Origin: Pseudomonadota bacterium
GTDB lineage: Bacteria; Pseudomonadota; Gammaproteobacteria; Ga0077536
Reading direction: 5' to 3'
DNA: 51,671 bases
Assembly (NCBI GenBank): GCA_043782755.1
Contig: JAYWAC010000010.1
Coordinates: 1-51,671, forward strand
Position 1 is the first letter of the stretch, and every line of letters starts with the position of its first letter. A program made the position numbers and the translations under genes. This document shows, piece after piece, positions 31,101-42,543 of this stretch. The notes beneath the pieces are model-generated. The model was not told the origin of the DNA and did not search any database. It was given only the letters and a program-made list of their open reading frames with translations.

Positions 31101-31793
31101 GTGAGGGTCGCACTGCTTGAAGATGATCGGGACCAAGCCGCCTTATTCACCGAATGGTTGAAGGCTGCGGGTCATACCTGCGAACACTTCGACACGGGTA
31201 AGTCCTTCGTTCGCAACATCAAGCACGACAGCTTTGATGCCCTCATCCTCGATTGGATGGTGCCGGACATGGATGGCTTCGAAGTGCTACGCTGGGTGCG
31301 CGAGAATTTCGATTGGCCGATCCCGGTCGTATTCGTGACCGCCAAGGATGACGAAGACGACATCGTACGCGCACTGGAAGAAGGCGCCGACGATTATGTG
31401 GTCAAGCCCGCCAAGCAACGTGAGCTGGTTGCACGTATCACTGCGGTGGTGCGTCGCGCCGCCGGCGTCGACGACACCCAGACCACCATCGAACAGGATC
31501 CCTTTCTGATCGATCTCGGCAATCATCAGATTCAACGCGGCGGCGAGCGCATCGAAGTCACGCAGAAAGAATACGAGCTGATCGTGTTTTTGTTCCGCAA
31601 TGTCGGCCGCGTGTTGTCGCGTGCCCACATCCTGGAAAGCGTGTGGGGTCGCAACCCCGATATCAACACGCGTACCGTCGATACCCACGTCAGCCGCATC
31701 CGCTCCAAGCTTGCGCTGGCACTCGATACGGGCTGGAAACTGTCCTCTATCTACCAGCACGGTTACCGACTGGAAAAAACCTCGGTCAACTGA
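31101..31793 (+). CDS. Orphan OmpR-family response regulator
   Basis: LLEDD, LDWMVP, GADDYVVKP receiver; RTVDTHVSRIRSKL...GYRL winged helix; no kinase adjacent. Confidence 0.9.
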   Translation: MRVALLEDDRDQAALFTEWLKAAGHTCEHFDTGKSFVRNIKHDSFDALILDWMVPDMDGFEVLRWVRENFDWPIPVVFVTAKDDEDDIVRALEEGADDYVVKPAKQRELVARITAVVRRAAGVDDTQTTIEQDPFLIDLGNHQIQRGGERIEVTQKEYELIVFLFRNVGRVLSRAHILESVWGRNPDINTRTVDTHVSRIRSKLALALDTGWKLSSIYQHGYRLEKTSVN

Positions 31794-31910
31794 GAACAGT
31801 CAGACCTCATGGCCGCGAGTACACCAAGCGTGCGACATGGACTTTCGTCGGGCAAAAAAAAGCTCAGTGTCGTCCTGGGGTTGGGGGGGATTGGACGTCC
31901 ACCGAGCGCG

Positions 31911-32828
31911 TTACTTGAACGCTGACGCTTCGGCCTTCGACCATAACCACGCCGCGCCGCGCACACCGCTGCTGTCGCCGTGCTTCGCTACCACCACACG
32001 ACTCTCGAACTCCGGGCCGAACACATAGGGTGGCAAGCGCCGGGTGACTTCGCTGGCGATGCCGGGCAGATTGGACAAGCCCCCGCCCAGCACCACAACC
32101 TCGGGATCAAAAACGTTGATGATGGTGCCCAGCGCACAAGCCAATTGATCGAGATGTGTGTCGAAAGCACGCCGAGCTTGCTCCTCGCCCTGCGCCGCAG
32201 CGGCCGCGATGGCCTGCACGTTCGCGCGTTGCGCAGGCCCCATCTCGTTGTAGGTATAGGTCAGGCCCGGCCCCGACAAATAGGTCTCGATGCAGTCGGA
32301 GCGGCCGCAGTAGCAGGGCCGCGCATTGGCCCTTGAACGTGGCCAGGGCGCGGGATTGTGGCCCCATTCTCCGGCGATACTGTTGGCACCACCGATAGGC
32401 CGTCCATGGAGATGCAGCCCACCACCGCAGCCGGTGCCGATGATCACTCCAAAGGCACTGCTGGCACCGGCTGCGGCGCCATCGGCTGCTTCCGACACGA
32501 CGAAGCAATTGGCATCGTTTTCGAGGCGCACGGATCGCGCGAGGCGCCGGGCAAGGTCACCCTCGAGTGGATTCCCTATCAGGCACACGGTATTTGCGTT
32601 CTTGACCAAGCCAGTGGCGGGGGAGGCCGCGCCAGGAATCGCGACACCTACCGTGCCGCGCGCACCGAGCACGTTTTCGGCATTCAGTACCAGGCCTGCG
32701 ATCGCATCGCAGATGGCGTCGTAGTCGTGACGCGGCGTCGCCACGCGTTCGCGCAGAACTATCTGGTCAGCGTCGCCCAGCACCGCTACTTCGATTTTCG
32801 TTCCACCCAGATCGATGCCGATCCGCAT
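31911..32828 (-). CDS. ROK family sugar kinase (Mak-like fructokinase)
   Basis: GIDLGGTK, ENDANC, GTGCGGG, GEWGH, CYCG..CIE. Confidence 0.88.
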   Translation of the reverse strand: MRIGIDLGGTKIEVAVLGDADQIVLRERVATPRHDYDAICDAIAGLVLNAENVLGARGTVGVAIPGAASPATGLVKNANTVCLIGNPLEGDLARRLARSVRLENDANCFVVSEAADGAAAGASSAFGVIIGTGCGGGLHLHGRPIGGANSIAGEWGHNPAPWPRSRANARPCYCGRSDCIETYLSGPGLTYTYNEMGPAQRANVQAIAAAAAQGEEQARRAFDTHLDQLACALGTIINVFDPEVVVLGGGLSNLPGIASEVTRRLPPYVFGPEFESRVVVAKHGDSSGVRGAAWLWSKAEASAFK

Positions 32829-32924
32829 GCTCACATCCTCACTCGCGACGCTTTGGCACCCTTGCCATGCTACTGTAGAATTCCCGCTGCCGAACGCATT
32901 CACGTCTTACAGTAGAGCCTCACC

Positions 32925-34190
32925 ATGATTTCAGAAGCCGGGTACCAGCGTCATCACAGTGTGCCGGTGCAAATCGGCGACATCACCGTTGGCGGCGATG
33001 CGCCGGTGGTCGTGCAATCCATGACCAACACCGATACCGCCGATGCGCTCGGCACCGCCAAGCAAGTGCAGGCGCTGGCCGCCGCCGGCTCGGAACTGGT
33101 GCGTATCACGGTCAACACTGAAGACGCCGCGCGCCAAGTCGCGCGCATTCGCGATCTGCTCGACACGATGGGCTGCCGCGTACCACTGGTCGGTGATTTT
33201 CATTACAACGGCCACTTGCTACTGACCAAATATCCGGACTGCGCGCAGGCGCTGGCCAAATACCGCATCAATCCCGGCAACGTCGGTTTCGGTCGCAAGA
33301 AGGACAATCAGTTTGCCACCATGATCGAAGTCGCCATCGCGCGCGATAAACCGGTGCGCATCGGCGTGAACTGGGGCAGTCTCGATCCGGCGTTGGTCGC
33401 GCAGATGATGGACGACAACGCCAAGCTGTCGGAGCCGCGCGACGTCAAAGCCGTGACTCGCGCAGCCTTGATCCTGTCCGCACTGAACAGTGCCGCCAAA
33501 GCCGAGGAAATCGGCCTGCCGCGCAATCGCATCATCCTCTCGTGCAAGGTCAGTGACGTGCAGGATTTGATTGCCGTCTACACCGAACTCGCTTCGCGCT
33601 GTGATTATGCTCTGCATCTCGGTCTGACCGAGGCGGGTATGGGCTCAAAGGGCATGGTGGCCTCGGCCACCGCAATGGGCATCCTGTTACAGCGGGGCAT
33701 AGGCGACACCATTCGCGTGTCACTGACGCCGGAGCCAGGTGGCGATCGCACCAAAGAGGTGATCGTTGCCCAGGAACTGTTGCAGACCATGGGCATGCGG
33801 TCCTTTACACCGCTGGTCACCGCCTGCCCGGGCTGCGGCCGCACCACCAGCACCGTATTCCAGGAACTGGCGGGCGACATCCAAGCTTATGTACGCACCC
33901 AGATGCCAGCGTGGAGCAAGACTTATCCCGGCGTCGAATCCATGACCCTGGCGGTGATGGGTTGCGTGGTCAACGGTCCCGGCGAAAGCAAGCATGCCGA
34001 CATCGGCATCAGTCTGCCTGGCACCGGCGAAGTGCCGTCCGCACCGGTGTTCGTCGATGGCGAGAAATTCACGACTCTGCGTGGCGAGAACATCGCCAAC
34101 GAGTTCAAGACGATCCTCGATACCTACGTGCAGTCGCGTTACGGCCAGGGTACGCCGCTCATCGCCAAGGAAAATGCGTCGGCGGCTTGA
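32925..34190 (+). CDS. ispG: HMBPP synthase (MEP pathway)
   Basis: [47 protein letters not shown]. Confidence 0.96.
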   Translation: MISEAGYQRHHSVPVQIGDITVGGDAPVVVQSMTNTDTADALGTAKQVQALAAAGSELVRITVNTEDAARQVARIRDLLDTMGCRVPLVGDFHYNGHLLLTKYPDCAQALAKYRINPGNVGFGRKKDNQFATMIEVAIARDKPVRIGVNWGSLDPALVAQMMDDNAKLSEPRDVKAVTRAALILSALNSAAKAEEIGLPRNRIILSCKVSDVQDLIAVYTELASRCDYALHLGLTEAGMGSKGMVASATAMGILLQRGIGDTIRVSLTPEPGGDRTKEVIVAQELLQTMGMRSFTPLVTACPGCGRTTSTVFQELAGDIQAYVRTQMPAWSKTYPGVESMTLAVMGCVVNGPGESKHADIGISLPGTGEVPSAPVFVDGEKFTTLRGENIANEFKTILDTYVQSRYGQGTPLIAKENASAA

Positions 34191-34277
34191 GCGCACCACC
34201 TCGGATCTGAGCTTGCCCATCGCCATGACACGGCGCGCGCACTGCTCGCCGACTGCGGCCGTCAACATGCAGTTCTC

Positions 34278-34802
34278 ATGTTGACCGCACTGTGGTCAGT
34301 GCTGCGCGCTTTCGGCGGCATCTGTACTTTTCAACTCGCGCCCCAGGATTTGCCCCGGTCCAGCGCGCTGTTGACGATGACCACCCTCGGTAACCTGAGC
34401 TTGTCGGTCATCATCTACGGACTAGAGTCATCTGTCGGCCAAGCACTGTTCAAGGCCGTACTCGAAACCGCCGTGTTGTTCGCACTGACGCTCGTGCTGT
34501 TATTCCTGATGTCCTACGGCCGGCGCCTGATCCAGACCATGACCGCGATGATGGGCTGCGGCACCTTGCTAGGCGGCGTGGCGCTGCTGACCATGGTGCT
34601 GGCGCCGGTGCTGCCGCAAGCGCTCGGGCTGGCCTTGTTGCGCGTGAACTTCCTGCTCAATTTACTAGTCATCGCGCATATCCTGCGCCACGCTCTCGGC
34701 ACTTGGTTTCTGGTCGGACTGCTGTTCGCTTTCGGCTATGCGCTGCTACTGAATAAATTCTTCATGCTCGCCGATGCATTGCTCGGCGTCGCACCGGCCT
34801 GA
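34278..34802 (+). CDS. Hypothetical membrane protein
   Basis: Several hydrophobic segments, PQDLP motif; directly upstream of mpl. Confidence 0.7.
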   Translation: MLTALWSVLRAFGGICTFQLAPQDLPRSSALLTMTTLGNLSLSVIIYGLESSVGQALFKAVLETAVLFALTLVLLFLMSYGRRLIQTMTAMMGCGTLLGGVALLTMVLAPVLPQALGLALLRVNFLLNLLVIAHILRHALGTWFLVGLLFAFGYALLLNKFFMLADALLGVAPA

Positions 34803-34817
34803 CGGACGAGGCTTTCT

Positions 34818-36179
34818 ATGCACCTACACATTCTCGGTATCGGCGGCACGTTCATGGCCGGCGTCGCGCGTCTGGCGGTGGAACTAGGACATCGCGTCAC
34901 TGGCGCCGACACCAATCTCTATCCGCCCATGAGCGATCAGCTCGATGCGCTGGGCGTAGAGGTGTTCAATGGTTATGGCGTGAGCGTGCTCGAACCTGCA
35001 CCCGACATCGTGATCATTGGCAACGCCCTGTCGCGTGGCAATCCCAGTGTCGAATACATCTTGAGTAACAACCTGCCCTACACCTCGGGGCCGGCCTGGC
35101 TGTATGACGAAATACTGCGCCATCGACACGTCATCGCGGTGGCGGGTACCCACGGCAAGACCACCGTCACCAGCATCGTCACCTGGATGCTCGAGCATGG
35201 CGGACTTGAGCCCGGCTTTCTGATCGGTGGCGTGGCCGAAAATTTCGGCGTCTCAGCGCGACTTGGTCAGGGCCCCTTGTTTGTGGTGGAAGCCGATGAA
35301 TACGACACCGCGTTCTTCGACAAGCGCTCGAAGTTCGTGCACTACGCGCCGCGTACGCTGATCATCAACAATCTCGAATTCGACCACGCCGACATCTTTC
35401 CCGACCTCGCGGCGATCGAGCGTCAGTTCCATCACCTGATCCGTAGCCTGCCGCAAGAGGCGCTGATCGTCTGCCCGGCGCCCGACGCGACTATCGATAA
35501 ATTGTTGGGGATGGGTCTATGGTCGCGCGTCACCCGCTTTGGCCAAAGCGCGCAGAGTGATTGGCGTTACGCCTATTCAAGCACTGAGCAAACGCTGCGT
35601 ATCACGGCGCCCGATGGCAGTGAGGCGCGAGGTAGCAGTCCCCTGCTCGGTGTTCATAACGCCCACAATGTCGCGGCGGCCATTGCGGCGGTAGCCGATG
35701 TCGGCCTGTCTCCTGCGCGCGCGATGGCGGCTTTAGCAGGATTTGCCAACGTCAAACGGCGACTGGAATTGCGCGGGCGTGTGGCCGGCGTGGCCGTGTA
35801 TGACGACTTCGCTCACCATCCGACCGCGATCGCGGCGACCATCGCCGCCTTGCGCCCGCAGGTTGCGGCGCCCGGACGCATCATCGCGGTCAGCGAGATG
35901 CGCTCGAACACCCTGCGCATGGGCGTGCACAAGGACAGCCTGGCGACGGCCTTCGCCGGCGCTGAGTTAACCGCCATTCTGGTGCCCGCCGCTTTGCCGT
36001 GGGACATCGGCTCCGCCCTCGCAAGTTTGCCCGGCCACCAGTTGTTCACTGACAGTACGGCACTTGTGGCGGCGGTGACGGGCTGGGCGCGCGACGGCGA
36101 CGCTTTGCTGGTGATGAGTAATGGCGCCTTCGACAATGTCCACGCGCGACTCTTGAGCGCACTTGAGACGCGCCCATGA
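34818..36179 (+). CDS. mpl: Murein peptide ligase
   Basis: HILGIGGTFM, AGTHGKTT, EADEYDTAFFDKRSKF, DDFAHHPTAI. Confidence 0.95.
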   Translation: MHLHILGIGGTFMAGVARLAVELGHRVTGADTNLYPPMSDQLDALGVEVFNGYGVSVLEPAPDIVIIGNALSRGNPSVEYILSNNLPYTSGPAWLYDEILRHRHVIAVAGTHGKTTVTSIVTWMLEHGGLEPGFLIGGVAENFGVSARLGQGPLFVVEADEYDTAFFDKRSKFVHYAPRTLIINNLEFDHADIFPDLAAIERQFHHLIRSLPQEALIVCPAPDATIDKLLGMGLWSRVTRFGQSAQSDWRYAYSSTEQTLRITAPDGSEARGSSPLLGVHNAHNVAAAIAAVADVGLSPARAMAALAGFANVKRRLELRGRVAGVAVYDDFAHHPTAIAATIAALRPQVAAPGRIIAVSEMRSNTLRMGVHKDSLATAFAGAELTAILVPAALPWDIGSALASLPGHQLFTDSTALVAAVTGWARDGDALLVMSNGAFDNVHARLLSALETRP

Positions 36180-36796
36180 GCGATGCAGCCATCACCATCG
36201 CCGACGTGCCGCTGTTTCCGCTGCAGACGGTGTTGTACCCGGGCATGCTGCTGCCACTGCGCATCTTCGAGGCCCGCTACCTGGACATGATCAGCGCCTC
36301 GCTGCGCCAATATCGGCCTTTTGGCATCGTGCCGATACGTCAGGGCCACGAGGTGGGTGCGCCGGCCGAGTTTTTTCCGTTTGGCACGCTGGCTGCGGTC
36401 GAGTCCTTTGACCAGGGCAAGGATGGCCTGCTGCAAGTATGCGTGCTGGGTACGGATCGTTTCCGCGTCGAACGGCACACGGTACAGCCCAATACGCTGA
36501 CGGTGGCGGACATCACGCCGGTCGCGGCGGCCGAAGATCAGGCGATACCGCAAGATCTCGGCTATCTACCTGGTCTGCTCAAGGACATCTTAGAAGCGAA
36601 TGCCGCGCACTTACCCTATCGCGACTGGCAGATGGCGAGTGCGCTGTGGGTGGCCTATCGGCTGGCGGAGTTTTTGCCGCTCGCGGCCGCAACCAAAATT
36701 GCGGTATTACAGGCCGACGATGGCCTCGCCGCGCTGTCCCGTCTTGATGCTGGCATTCGAGCCGTCTCCAGCACGCCGCCCAAGGGAACGCACTGA
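36176..36796 (+). CDS. LON peptidase substrate-binding domain protein
   Basis: PLFPL.TVL.PG..LPLRIFE.RYLDM, G..RF; no protease or ATPase domain. Confidence 0.85.
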   Translation: MSDAAITIADVPLFPLQTVLYPGMLLPLRIFEARYLDMISASLRQYRPFGIVPIRQGHEVGAPAEFFPFGTLAAVESFDQGKDGLLQVCVLGTDRFRVERHTVQPNTLTVADITPVAAAEDQAIPQDLGYLPGLLKDILEANAAHLPYRDWQMASALWVAYRLAEFLPLAAATKIAVLQADDGLAALSRLDAGIRAVSSTPPKGTH

Positions 36797-36899
36797 AGCG
36801 GGGTTTGGACCACGACCCCTAGCGGTGCGTGTTGCTGCTACCGGGAAACTGTGCGATTTTTAGCTCTACGCTGACTCACCCTACGCATCACTGCGTTAA

Positions 36900-39182
36900 A
36901 TGATAAAAATAATCTCCTCGCGTGCGCAGGCTGCGGCCGCGCCCGTGGTCTCGCTCGTCCTGGCGACAGCCCTGATAGTCGCCTGGTGCGGCTCTGCGCG
37001 CGCCGGAATCCTTGAGAAACACACCAACGATTACAAATGGCGGCTCTGTCCGCCAGCCACTATGGTGCCGACCGCGCCACCCTACAGCCAATCAAATATT
37101 GACCCTAAGAGCACCGAGGTACGCGCCGACGCTGTGCGGGTCTTGAAGGATGGCTTGAGTCAGTTCTCGGGCGATGTCGAGGTGATACACGCCGGCCAGG
37201 CGCTCAGCGCCGACATCGTTACCTACGACCGCCAGCACGACACCTTTGCCGCCGAGGGGCGCGCACGCATCTGGGACAGCACCATGGTGTGGGCCGGCGC
37301 GGAAGCTCTCTACGATATGGGCAATCACGTCGCCAGACTGCGCGATGGTGACTACTGGGTGCACGACGGCCATGGTCGCGGCCATGCACGGCGCATGCGC
37401 AACGACACGGACACCAAGATCACGATCCTGAAGGACGTCGACTATTCCACCTGCCCGCTGTCGGACGAAGCCTGGCGCGTGTCGGCATCCCGCATCCGTC
37501 TCGATCACGACGCGGAACGCGGCTCGGCGCGCAACGCCATCCTGCGGGTCTACGACGTACCGGTGTTCTATTTTCCCTATGTAAGTTTCCCGATCAGCGA
37601 CAAGCGCAAATCAGGCTTTCTGTCGCCGACTTTCGGCAATACCAACCAGTCCGGCTTTGACTTTCAACTGCCTTACTACTGGGATATCGCGCCCAACCAG
37701 GATGCCACGCTAACGCCACGCGGCCTGACCGATCGCGGCGTCATGTTGAATGGCGAGTACCGCTATTTGGGTCCGCGATACGATGGCCAGTTGGACGTCG
37801 AATACCTGCCCAGTGACCGCCTCAAGAACGATCAGGAGCGCTCACTGATTTCCTTTCGTCACCGCCAGAAGATGCTCGATGACCACGGTCGTCTGCGCTT
37901 GATCTTCAACAACGTGTCGGACAATCAGTTCTTCGAGGATTTTGGCAGCAGCATCGCGGCCACCAGTCAGCGCTTCCTCGATAGGCGCGCCGATTTCTTT
38001 TACAACGGCGGCAATTACCGCGTACGCGGTGTGGTGCAGAGCTACCAGACCATCGACACCACGCTGGCGCCAGGCAGCGGCCCCTACCGTCGCTTACCGC
38101 AGCTTGCCTTTGACGGCCGTACACCGCAGAGCTATTACGGCTTCGTGCCAGCCCTCAGGGCTGACACGACCTATTTCGACCGCGACGCCAGCGTAACTGG
38201 CACCCGCGTCAACGTCATTCCCGCACTGTCCTATCCCTTCGTGCGGCCCTACATGAACATCACGCCCAAAATTGCGGTGATGCAATCAGAGTATTACCTG
38301 GACGATCCCTCGCGGCGCTTCGATAACCAACTGTCGCGCACCGTGCCGGTCTTCAGCGTCGATTCCAACGTGTTCTTCGAGCGGCGTCTGAATTTCTTCG
38401 ACAGCGAGCACATCCAGACCTTTGAGCCGCATATCTACTATCTGCTGGTGCCCAAGGTCCAGCAGGACGGTATTCCGCGTTTCGACAGCGGCAATTTGAG
38501 CGTCTCATTCCGCAATCTGTTCCGCGACAATCGCTTCACCGGCGAGGACCGCGTGTCCGATGCGAACCAGGTCGCGACTGCCATCACCTCACGCATGATC
38601 GATGTTGAGAGCGGACGCGAAACCTATCGGGCCAGCATCGGCCAGATTTACTACTTTCGTGACCGCGAAGTGCAGTTGGCAAGCGAGGGGCCGCAGACGG
38701 CGGGGACCTCGGAACTGATCTCGGAAGTCGCGACGAATGTCGTGCAGGATTGGACCGCGCGCGGTGTGTTGCAGTGGGATCCTCATAATTCACGCACTGA
38801 ACTAGCGGCCGCCACCCTGCGTTATCGCCCGGACCTCGATACGGTATTGAATTTCAGTTATCGCTTTCGCCGTGCCATCAGCGACATTCGACAAACCGAT
38901 TTCTCGATGCGCTGGCCTATCACCGAAAATATCGCCCTGGTCGGGCGCTGGAACTACTCGATACAGGAACAGCGTTCGCTTGAGACCTTGGCCGGCGTGG
39001 AATACGAAAGCTGCTGCTGGGGTGTACGTTTCGTCGGCCGCCGCTTCCTGCGCAATGCCGCAGGCCAGTTCGATAACGGCATGTTCCTGCAGTTTCAGTT
39101 CCGCGGCCTGGGCGGTATCGGCAAGAAGTCGGGCTCGGTGCTACACCGAGACATCCCTGGCTATGAAGATCCCTTCGAATAA
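36900..39182 (+). CDS. lptD: LPS assembly protein LptD
   Basis: YSTCP, PVFYFPY.SFP...RKSGFL.P, YYWDIAPNQDAT, YESCCW; upstream of surA-pdxA-rsmA. Confidence 0.93.
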   Translation: MIKIISSRAQAAAAPVVSLVLATALIVAWCGSARAGILEKHTNDYKWRLCPPATMVPTAPPYSQSNIDPKSTEVRADAVRVLKDGLSQFSGDVEVIHAGQALSADIVTYDRQHDTFAAEGRARIWDSTMVWAGAEALYDMGNHVARLRDGDYWVHDGHGRGHARRMRNDTDTKITILKDVDYSTCPLSDEAWRVSASRIRLDHDAERGSARNAILRVYDVPVFYFPYVSFPISDKRKSGFLSPTFGNTNQSGFDFQLPYYWDIAPNQDATLTPRGLTDRGVMLNGEYRYLGPRYDGQLDVEYLPSDRLKNDQERSLISFRHRQKMLDDHGRLRLIFNNVSDNQFFEDFGSSIAATSQRFLDRRADFFYNGGNYRVRGVVQSYQTIDTTLAPGSGPYRRLPQLAFDGRTPQSYYGFVPALRADTTYFDRDASVTGTRVNVIPALSYPFVRPYMNITPKIAVMQSEYYLDDPSRRFDNQLSRTVPVFSVDSNVFFERRLNFFDSEHIQTFEPHIYYLLVPKVQQDGIPRFDSGNLSVSFRNLFRDNRFTGEDRVSDANQVATAITSRMIDVESGRETYRASIGQIYYFRDREVQLASEGPQTAGTSELISEVATNVVQDWTARGVLQWDPHNSRTELAAATLRYRPDLDTVLNFSYRFRRAISDIRQTDFSMRWPITENIALVGRWNYSIQEQRSLETLAGVEYESCCWGVRFVGRRFLRNAAGQFDNGMFLQFQFRGLGGIGKKSGSVLHRDIPGYEDPFE

Positions 39183-39364
39183 GGACCCGGACACCATGCG
39201 GGAACGGGACTATCGCAGGCGTGTCTCAAGGGCGGCCGCAAGTGCCAGTGCTTGGGTTACAATTGCGCCCGCCGCGCGGTCGCCGTCCTTGCCAGTGCCG
39301 ATGCCGTTCCGTAGTCCATGCTCGCAGACAGCCGCAGAATCCGATCTGGTACCCGTGTATCCCC

Positions 39365-40660
39365 ATGCTTGAAACCCTCTTTACTTATCGCCTGCGACGG
39401 GTTCTGACTGCGGCCGCCCTGCTCCTAGCTGGTCAGGTGCAGGCTGCCGAACTCGATCGCATCATCGCCGTGGTCGATGACGATGTCGTGATGCAGAGCG
39501 AACTCGATGAACAGTCCGCGCGCGTGCGCGACGCCTTACGCCAGCAGCACACGGAAATGCCGCCGACCACGGTGCTGGAACGCCAGGTGCTGGAACGTCT
39601 GGTGCTGGAGAAGATCCAGATGCAGGTCGCGACCGCGTCCGGCATCAAGGTCAGCGAAAAGGATCTCAACAAGGCCGTCGCCGACATCGCCAAGCGCAAC
39701 AAGCTTGAGCTGCCGCAATTCCAGAAGATTATCGAATCCGAAGGCATCACCTTTCCGCGCTTCCGGGAACAGATTGGCCAGCAGATCCTGATTGCCAAGC
39801 TGCGCCACGAAGAGGTCGAAAACCGCGTCAAGGTCTCAGATCAGGAAATCGAGAATTTCCTGCGTAATCAGTCCAGCGGAAGCGAATCCGAGCTGGAATA
39901 TCGGCTGTCGCACATTCTCATCACCATCCCTAGCGGTGCCAGCGACACCGAACTCAAGGCGGCCCGCGACAAGGCCGACGACACGTTACGACGTATCGAC
40001 GCGGGGGAGGATTTCGGTGATGTCGCGCTGCGCGTGTCAGACGGTCAACAGGCGCTGGAAAAAGGCGACCTAGGCTGGCGCAAAGGCGCGGAAATCCCCA
40101 CGCTTTTCGCCGACGCGGTGAGCGCCATGAAGATTGGCGATAACAGCGGCATCATCACCAGCCCGAGCGGCTATCACATCGTCAAGCTGGTCGATAAGCG
40201 CAACGGCGAGAAAATCATGGTCGAGCAGCACAAGGTGCGACACATCCTAGTCAAGCCGAACGCGCTGGTCACCACGCAGCAGGCGCAGGAACGCCTGCTG
40301 CAGCTCAAGATGCGTATCGAAGGCGGCGCCGACTTCGCGCAACTCGCCCGCACCAACTCCGACGATCGTAGCTCGGCGCTCAAGGGCGGCGACCTGGGAT
40401 GGGTCAGCAAGGGCCAGATGGTGCCGGAATTCGAAGAAGTGATGATGCAGAGCCCGCTAGGCACGGTCAGCCAGCCGTTCCGCAGCGAGTTCGGCCTGCA
40501 TATCCTGCAGGTCACCGACGTACGCGAATACGACGGTACCGAGGAAGTGAAGCGCGCCGGCGCCCGCCGCGCGATCCGCGAACAGAAAATGCAAGAAAGA
40601 CAGCAAACCTGGTTGCGCAGCCTGCGCGACGAGGCCTATGTCGAATATCGCAATAAATAG
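39365..40660 (+). CDS. surA: Periplasmic chaperone/PPIase SurA
   Basis: LDRIIAVVDDDVV and two parvulin domains (SHILI, GDLGW, RHIL). Start ATG 39365 preferred. Confidence 0.93.
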   Translation: MLETLFTYRLRRVLTAAALLLAGQVQAAELDRIIAVVDDDVVMQSELDEQSARVRDALRQQHTEMPPTTVLERQVLERLVLEKIQMQVATASGIKVSEKDLNKAVADIAKRNKLELPQFQKIIESEGITFPRFREQIGQQILIAKLRHEEVENRVKVSDQEIENFLRNQSSGSESELEYRLSHILITIPSGASDTELKAARDKADDTLRRIDAGEDFGDVALRVSDGQQALEKGDLGWRKGAEIPTLFADAVSAMKIGDNSGIITSPSGYHIVKLVDKRNGEKIMVEQHKVRHILVKPNALVTTQQAQERLLQLKMRIEGGADFAQLARTNSDDRSSALKGGDLGWVSKGQMVPEFEEVMMQSPLGTVSQPFRSEFGLHILQVTDVREYDGTEEVKRAGARRAIREQKMQERQQTWLRSLRDEAYVEYRNK

Positions 40661-41663
40661 CTCGTCGCCCGTCCGCCTCGCGCTGACCCCAGGCGAACCG
40701 GCCGGCATCGGACCTGATCTGGCCATAAGGGTTGCGCTTCAAGCCTGCCGCGTCCAACTGCTGTGCTTCGCTGATCCCGCCTTGCTGGCGGCGCGCGCGA
40801 CGAAGCTCGGCGTGAGCCTGGCGCTGCGCGAGGTGCGCGACCCTACCGCGCTGCAGAGCGTACCCGCCGGCGTATTGCAGGTTTTTCCGGTGGCCACCGC
40901 GACGACCCCACAAGCCGGCCGTCTCGATGTGCGCAATGCCCGCTATGTGTTGGACTGCCTCGACGCAGCGACCGATGCCTGCGCGCGAGGCACGCTCGAC
41001 GGCTTGGTCACCGGCCCGATACAGAAATCGCTGATCAACGAAGCCGGCATTCCCTTTTCCGGTCATACCGAATATCTCGCTGAGCGCCTCTGCGCGCCAC
41101 TGCCGGTGATGATGCTGGTGGCCGGTGAACTGCGGGTCGGCCTGGTCACAACCCACGTCGCTCTACGTAAAGTGCCGGACCTCATCACCCGCGAGCGGGT
41201 GATCGCGACAGTCGAAATCATTCACCGCCAGTTGCGCGAGCAGTTTGCACTCGCCACACCACGCATAGCGGTCTGTGGCCTAAATCCGCATGCCGGTGAA
41301 AACCGCCATCTTGGCTGCGAGGACGACGACGAGATTCGACCGGCGGTGGAAGAACTGCGCGCGCGCGGCTGGTCTGTCGATGGCCCACTACCAGCTGACA
41401 CGGCCTTCACTGTCGAGCAGCGTCAAGGCTATGACGCGATCGTCGCCATGTACCACGACCAAGGGCTCGCCGCGCTCAAGGCGGTCGGCTTTGGCGAATC
41501 GGTCAACGTCACTTTCGGTCTGCCAATTGTGCGCACCTCGGTCGACCATGGTACGGCCTTGACCTTGGCCGGGACGGGCGCGAGTCGCATCGGCAGCCTG
41601 CAAGCCGCCATCGAACTCGCCACCACACTCGCGCACGCCCGGAAATCCCATGGAGAATTTTGA
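40638..41663 (+). CDS. pdxA: 4-hydroxythreonine-4-phosphate dehydrogenase
   Basis: GEPAGIGPD, GHTEYL, GLNPHAGE, MYHDQG, RTSVDHGTA. Confidence 0.96.
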   Translation: MSNIAINSSSPVRLALTPGEPAGIGPDLAIRVALQACRVQLLCFADPALLAARATKLGVSLALREVRDPTALQSVPAGVLQVFPVATATTPQAGRLDVRNARYVLDCLDAATDACARGTLDGLVTGPIQKSLINEAGIPFSGHTEYLAERLCAPLPVMMLVAGELRVGLVTTHVALRKVPDLITRERVIATVEIIHRQLREQFALATPRIAVCGLNPHAGENRHLGCEDDDEIRPAVEELRARGWSVDGPLPADTAFTVEQRQGYDAIVAMYHDQGLAALKAVGFGESVNVTFGLPIVRTSVDHGTALTLAGTGASRIGSLQAAIELATTLAHARKSHGEF

Positions 41664-42438
41664 ACGCGGTTCGACGCGCAAGCGCTTCGGGCAGCACTTC
41701 CTGGTGGATAGCTACGCGATCGATGAAATCATCCACGCCACCGACCCGCATCCCGGCGAGCACATCATTGAGATTGGACCTGGCGAAGGTGTACTGACCG
41801 GACAATTGGTCGCGAGTGGCGCCGGGCTGTTAGCCATCGAGATCGACCGCGATCTGGCGGCAAAACTCACTAGGCGCTTTGCCGAAGCAGCCAACTTCCG
41901 ACTGCACAACGGCGACGTGCTGAAATTCGATTTTGGCGCCCTTCCAGCCGTACCAGACGGCTGGAAGGTAGTCGGCAATCTGCCCTACAACATTTCCACT
42001 CCACTCATCATGCTGCTGCTGGCCCACACCATGACGTTCAGTCGTATGGTCGTGATGGTGCAGCGCGAAGTCGCCGCTCGCATGGCGGCGGTCGAGGGCA
42101 GCCATGCGTACGGTCGCTTGAGTGTCATGGTCCAGCGGCGCTGCTCAATACGCTCGATACTCGACATCGGCCCGGATAGCTTTCGGCCGCCTCCCAAGGT
42201 TGACTCCAGCGTGATCGAACTCGTCCCCCATGGGCAGCTCTTGGACGAACAATTCGAACGCTGGCTGGGCGATGTCGTGCGATTCGCCTTCTCGGCGCGG
42301 CGTAAGACAGTCGCCAATGCCATGCGCGGTCAGGTCGATGCCGCCGCGTTTGCTGCGGCTGGGATCGACCCCGGCACGCGGGCCGAACAATTGAGCGTGA
42401 AGGACTTCGTGCGCCTTGCCGAGGTCACGCGCCGCTGA
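41650..42438 (+). CDS. rsmA: 16S rRNA dimethyladenosine transferase KsgA
   Basis: RKRFGQHFL, EIGPGEG, GNLPYNISTP, FRPPPKVDS. Confidence 0.96.
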   Translation: MENFERGSTRKRFGQHFLVDSYAIDEIIHATDPHPGEHIIEIGPGEGVLTGQLVASGAGLLAIEIDRDLAAKLTRRFAEAANFRLHNGDVLKFDFGALPAVPDGWKVVGNLPYNISTPLIMLLLAHTMTFSRMVVMVQREVAARMAAVEGSHAYGRLSVMVQRRCSIRSILDIGPDSFRPPPKVDSSVIELVPHGQLLDEQFERWLGDVVRFAFSARRKTVANAMRGQVDAAAFAAAGIDPGTRAEQLSVKDFVRLAEVTRR

Positions 42439-42543
42439 CCCGCAGGCCCGTTCCGGCCTCTGTCCCGCCTGCAAGCGTTCCTATCCTCAACACCGTCAGC
42501 GACGAATTTTGTGGCGTCGCGGCATATCTTCATGACAGTCACG

